NCBI RefSeq assembly: GCF_009914755.1
Contig: NC_060942.1
Source of the DNA: the human T2T-CHM13v2.0 reference genome, Homo sapiens
Strand: one strand, 5' to 3'
DNA length: 64,000 nucleotides
Shown piece by piece: positions 62,100 to 64,000 of the stretch. The position numbers and the translations under genes are program-made. The notes below the pieces were generated by a model that was not told where the DNA came from, ran no database searches, and was given only the letters and a program-made list of their open reading frames with translations. Position 1 is the first letter of the stretch, and each line of letters starts with the position of its first letter.

Positions 62100-63215
62100 T
62101 TTGGGGACGGGTATTAAATTCCGTTGCTGGCATCGCGCCAAGACAGTAGGCCAGCAGAGGCCGCTGGGCTGAAGCCTGCAGGGGTGCCTCCTCTGCCGGA
62201 TCTGGCCAAGCCTCCTGCCAGTCGAGGCCCTTTACCTTCCAGTCACACCAAGAACTAAAACAGGATCAGCCAAAGGTACAATGTTTTCCCAAAGCGTTAA
62301 AAATCGATGCTTGGCTTGAAATACAGTCTGGTCTTTGATATTCTGCCGTGGTGATCAATGTTGGAGCTCAGGAAGCTGAAGTTGTACGCAGCCTGTCCGT
62401 GCAGAGCTGAGGCTGTGACGAGAGAAGCCAGCAGCGAACGGGACCGCAGGGCCATCGGAGCAGCAGGGCGGGGGTCGGGGGAGCCCTGCCGCGCCCGGCG
62501 TTTGCAGAGTCAGCTTCTGATTGGCCTCGCAGGGCAGAGCGCACACTCCGCACTGTTCGGCCTCCCTAGAGGCCATGGGGAAAGCACTGGTTTTAGGATT
62601 GGGGAAGGAAGGCACCAGGCGCTGCGGGAGGGCGAGAGGGAGGTGGAGGCTGCCGGAGTAATGAGCGGCGAGAGCTCGTGAAGCGGGGGTGCAGGGCGAG
62701 TGCAGCGGGGGTGCAGCGCGGGTGCAGGGCGGGTGCAGCGCGGGTGCAGGGCTGATGCTGGGTGGGTGCAGGGCGGGTGCAGCGGGGGTGCAGCGCGGGT
62801 GCAGCGCGGGTGCAACGCGGGTGCAGGGCTGATGCAGGGTGGGTGCAGTGCGGGTGCAGGGCGGGTGCAGCGTGGGTGCAGGGCGGGTGCAGCGGGGGTG
62901 CAGCGCAGGTGCAGGGCTGATGCAGTGTGGGTGCAGCGGCCTGGCCACCTCCCTGCTCCCAGGGCGTCAGAGCGATTGCCTGAGTCCCTCTGGCAGCAAT
63001 CAGGTGTGCTCTTGTTCAACAGGGGCTGCAATCGCCCCAACCTGTCCCTCCTGCCCCCGGCTCCTCCTGGAGCCCTGACCAGGGAGATCAGCAAAGTCTC
63101 CTTTTGATTTACTGCCTCTTCCCTCCATCCTGGCATCCAGGAGGGACGGAGTGAGCAGTGGGTGAGCTCTCAAGAGTGGGGCCTGGAGATGCAAGGCGGG
63201 CAGATGGGCCGGCGG
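62100..63215. promoter_or_regulatory. CpG-island / promoter-like region
   Basis: Sharp rise in GC and CpG; GC box GGGCGGGG 62466-62473; inverted CCAAT (ATTGG) 62520-62524; associated gene not identifiable. Confidence 0.7.
62684..62936. repeat. GC-rich VNTR, 23 x 11 bp (consensus SGCGGGTGCAG)
   Basis: Exact 11-bp phase across 253 bp. Confidence 0.97.
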
Positions 63216-63595
63216 GGGCAGATTTCACATGAATAGATTTTACTTTGCAGCGGAGTGAGTGGCACGAATGGCAAATTGATTCTTAAAATATTTTGAGAGA
63301 CTGGTATTATACCAAGGTGTAGGACTGACCACAAACATCGGGTTAGTTACCAGATACTAGACATGTTTAGAGGAAATTGTAACATTCCTACTTCCTGATA
63401 TTACTTTTACTAGGGATGTCTTCCATAAAAAACAAACAAATAAGCATTGATTTTTCCCATTACAAAAGCAATACATGCTTATTACTGAGTATTTGAAAAA
63501 CACAGATGAATATAACCAAGCAAACAAAAGTCATTCAATAGTCCATGAAAGAGAGGTAACAACTGTTAATATGTTAGAAGTATTCTCTTCTATTA

Positions 63596-64000
<405 letters not shown>

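Noticed and set aside
62355-63136. ORFs of 107-208 aa rich in Pro/Ala/Cys or Gly/Ala
   Set aside because: Stop-poor translations of the 11-bp VNTR and CpG island; no recognisable protein

Overview
Primate, almost certainly human, non-coding genomic DNA; an AluYb8 is present. I cannot place it on a chromosome from sequence alone. No intact protein-coding gene is supported, and nearly all listed ORFs are Alu, LTR or simple-repeat artefacts. Contents: about 40 Alu copies or fragments, L1/L2/MIR relics, DNA-transposon fossils, MaLR and ERV solo LTRs, a processed RPS2 pseudogene inserted into a 46-bp minisatellite, two palindromic AT-rich minisatellites, and a CpG-island/promoter-like region at about 62.1-63.2 kb carrying an 11-bp GC-rich VNTR. 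Most notable by-eye observations: (1) the VNTR is an array of 19 helically phased metal-response-element cores; (2) a TSD-bounded L1PB insertion carries about 180 bp of 3'-transduced DNA; (3) a 240-bp segment has been copied 4 kb downstream with TSD-like flanks; (4) a probable ancient Gypsy integrase fossil lies at 18.6-19.0 kb; (5) an LTR10 carries a perfect p53 site. Repeat subfamily names come from my recall of consensus sequences, not a database search, and boundaries of old repeats are approximate. I found no firm evidence of a wholly new biological system; the functional ideas below are hypotheses.
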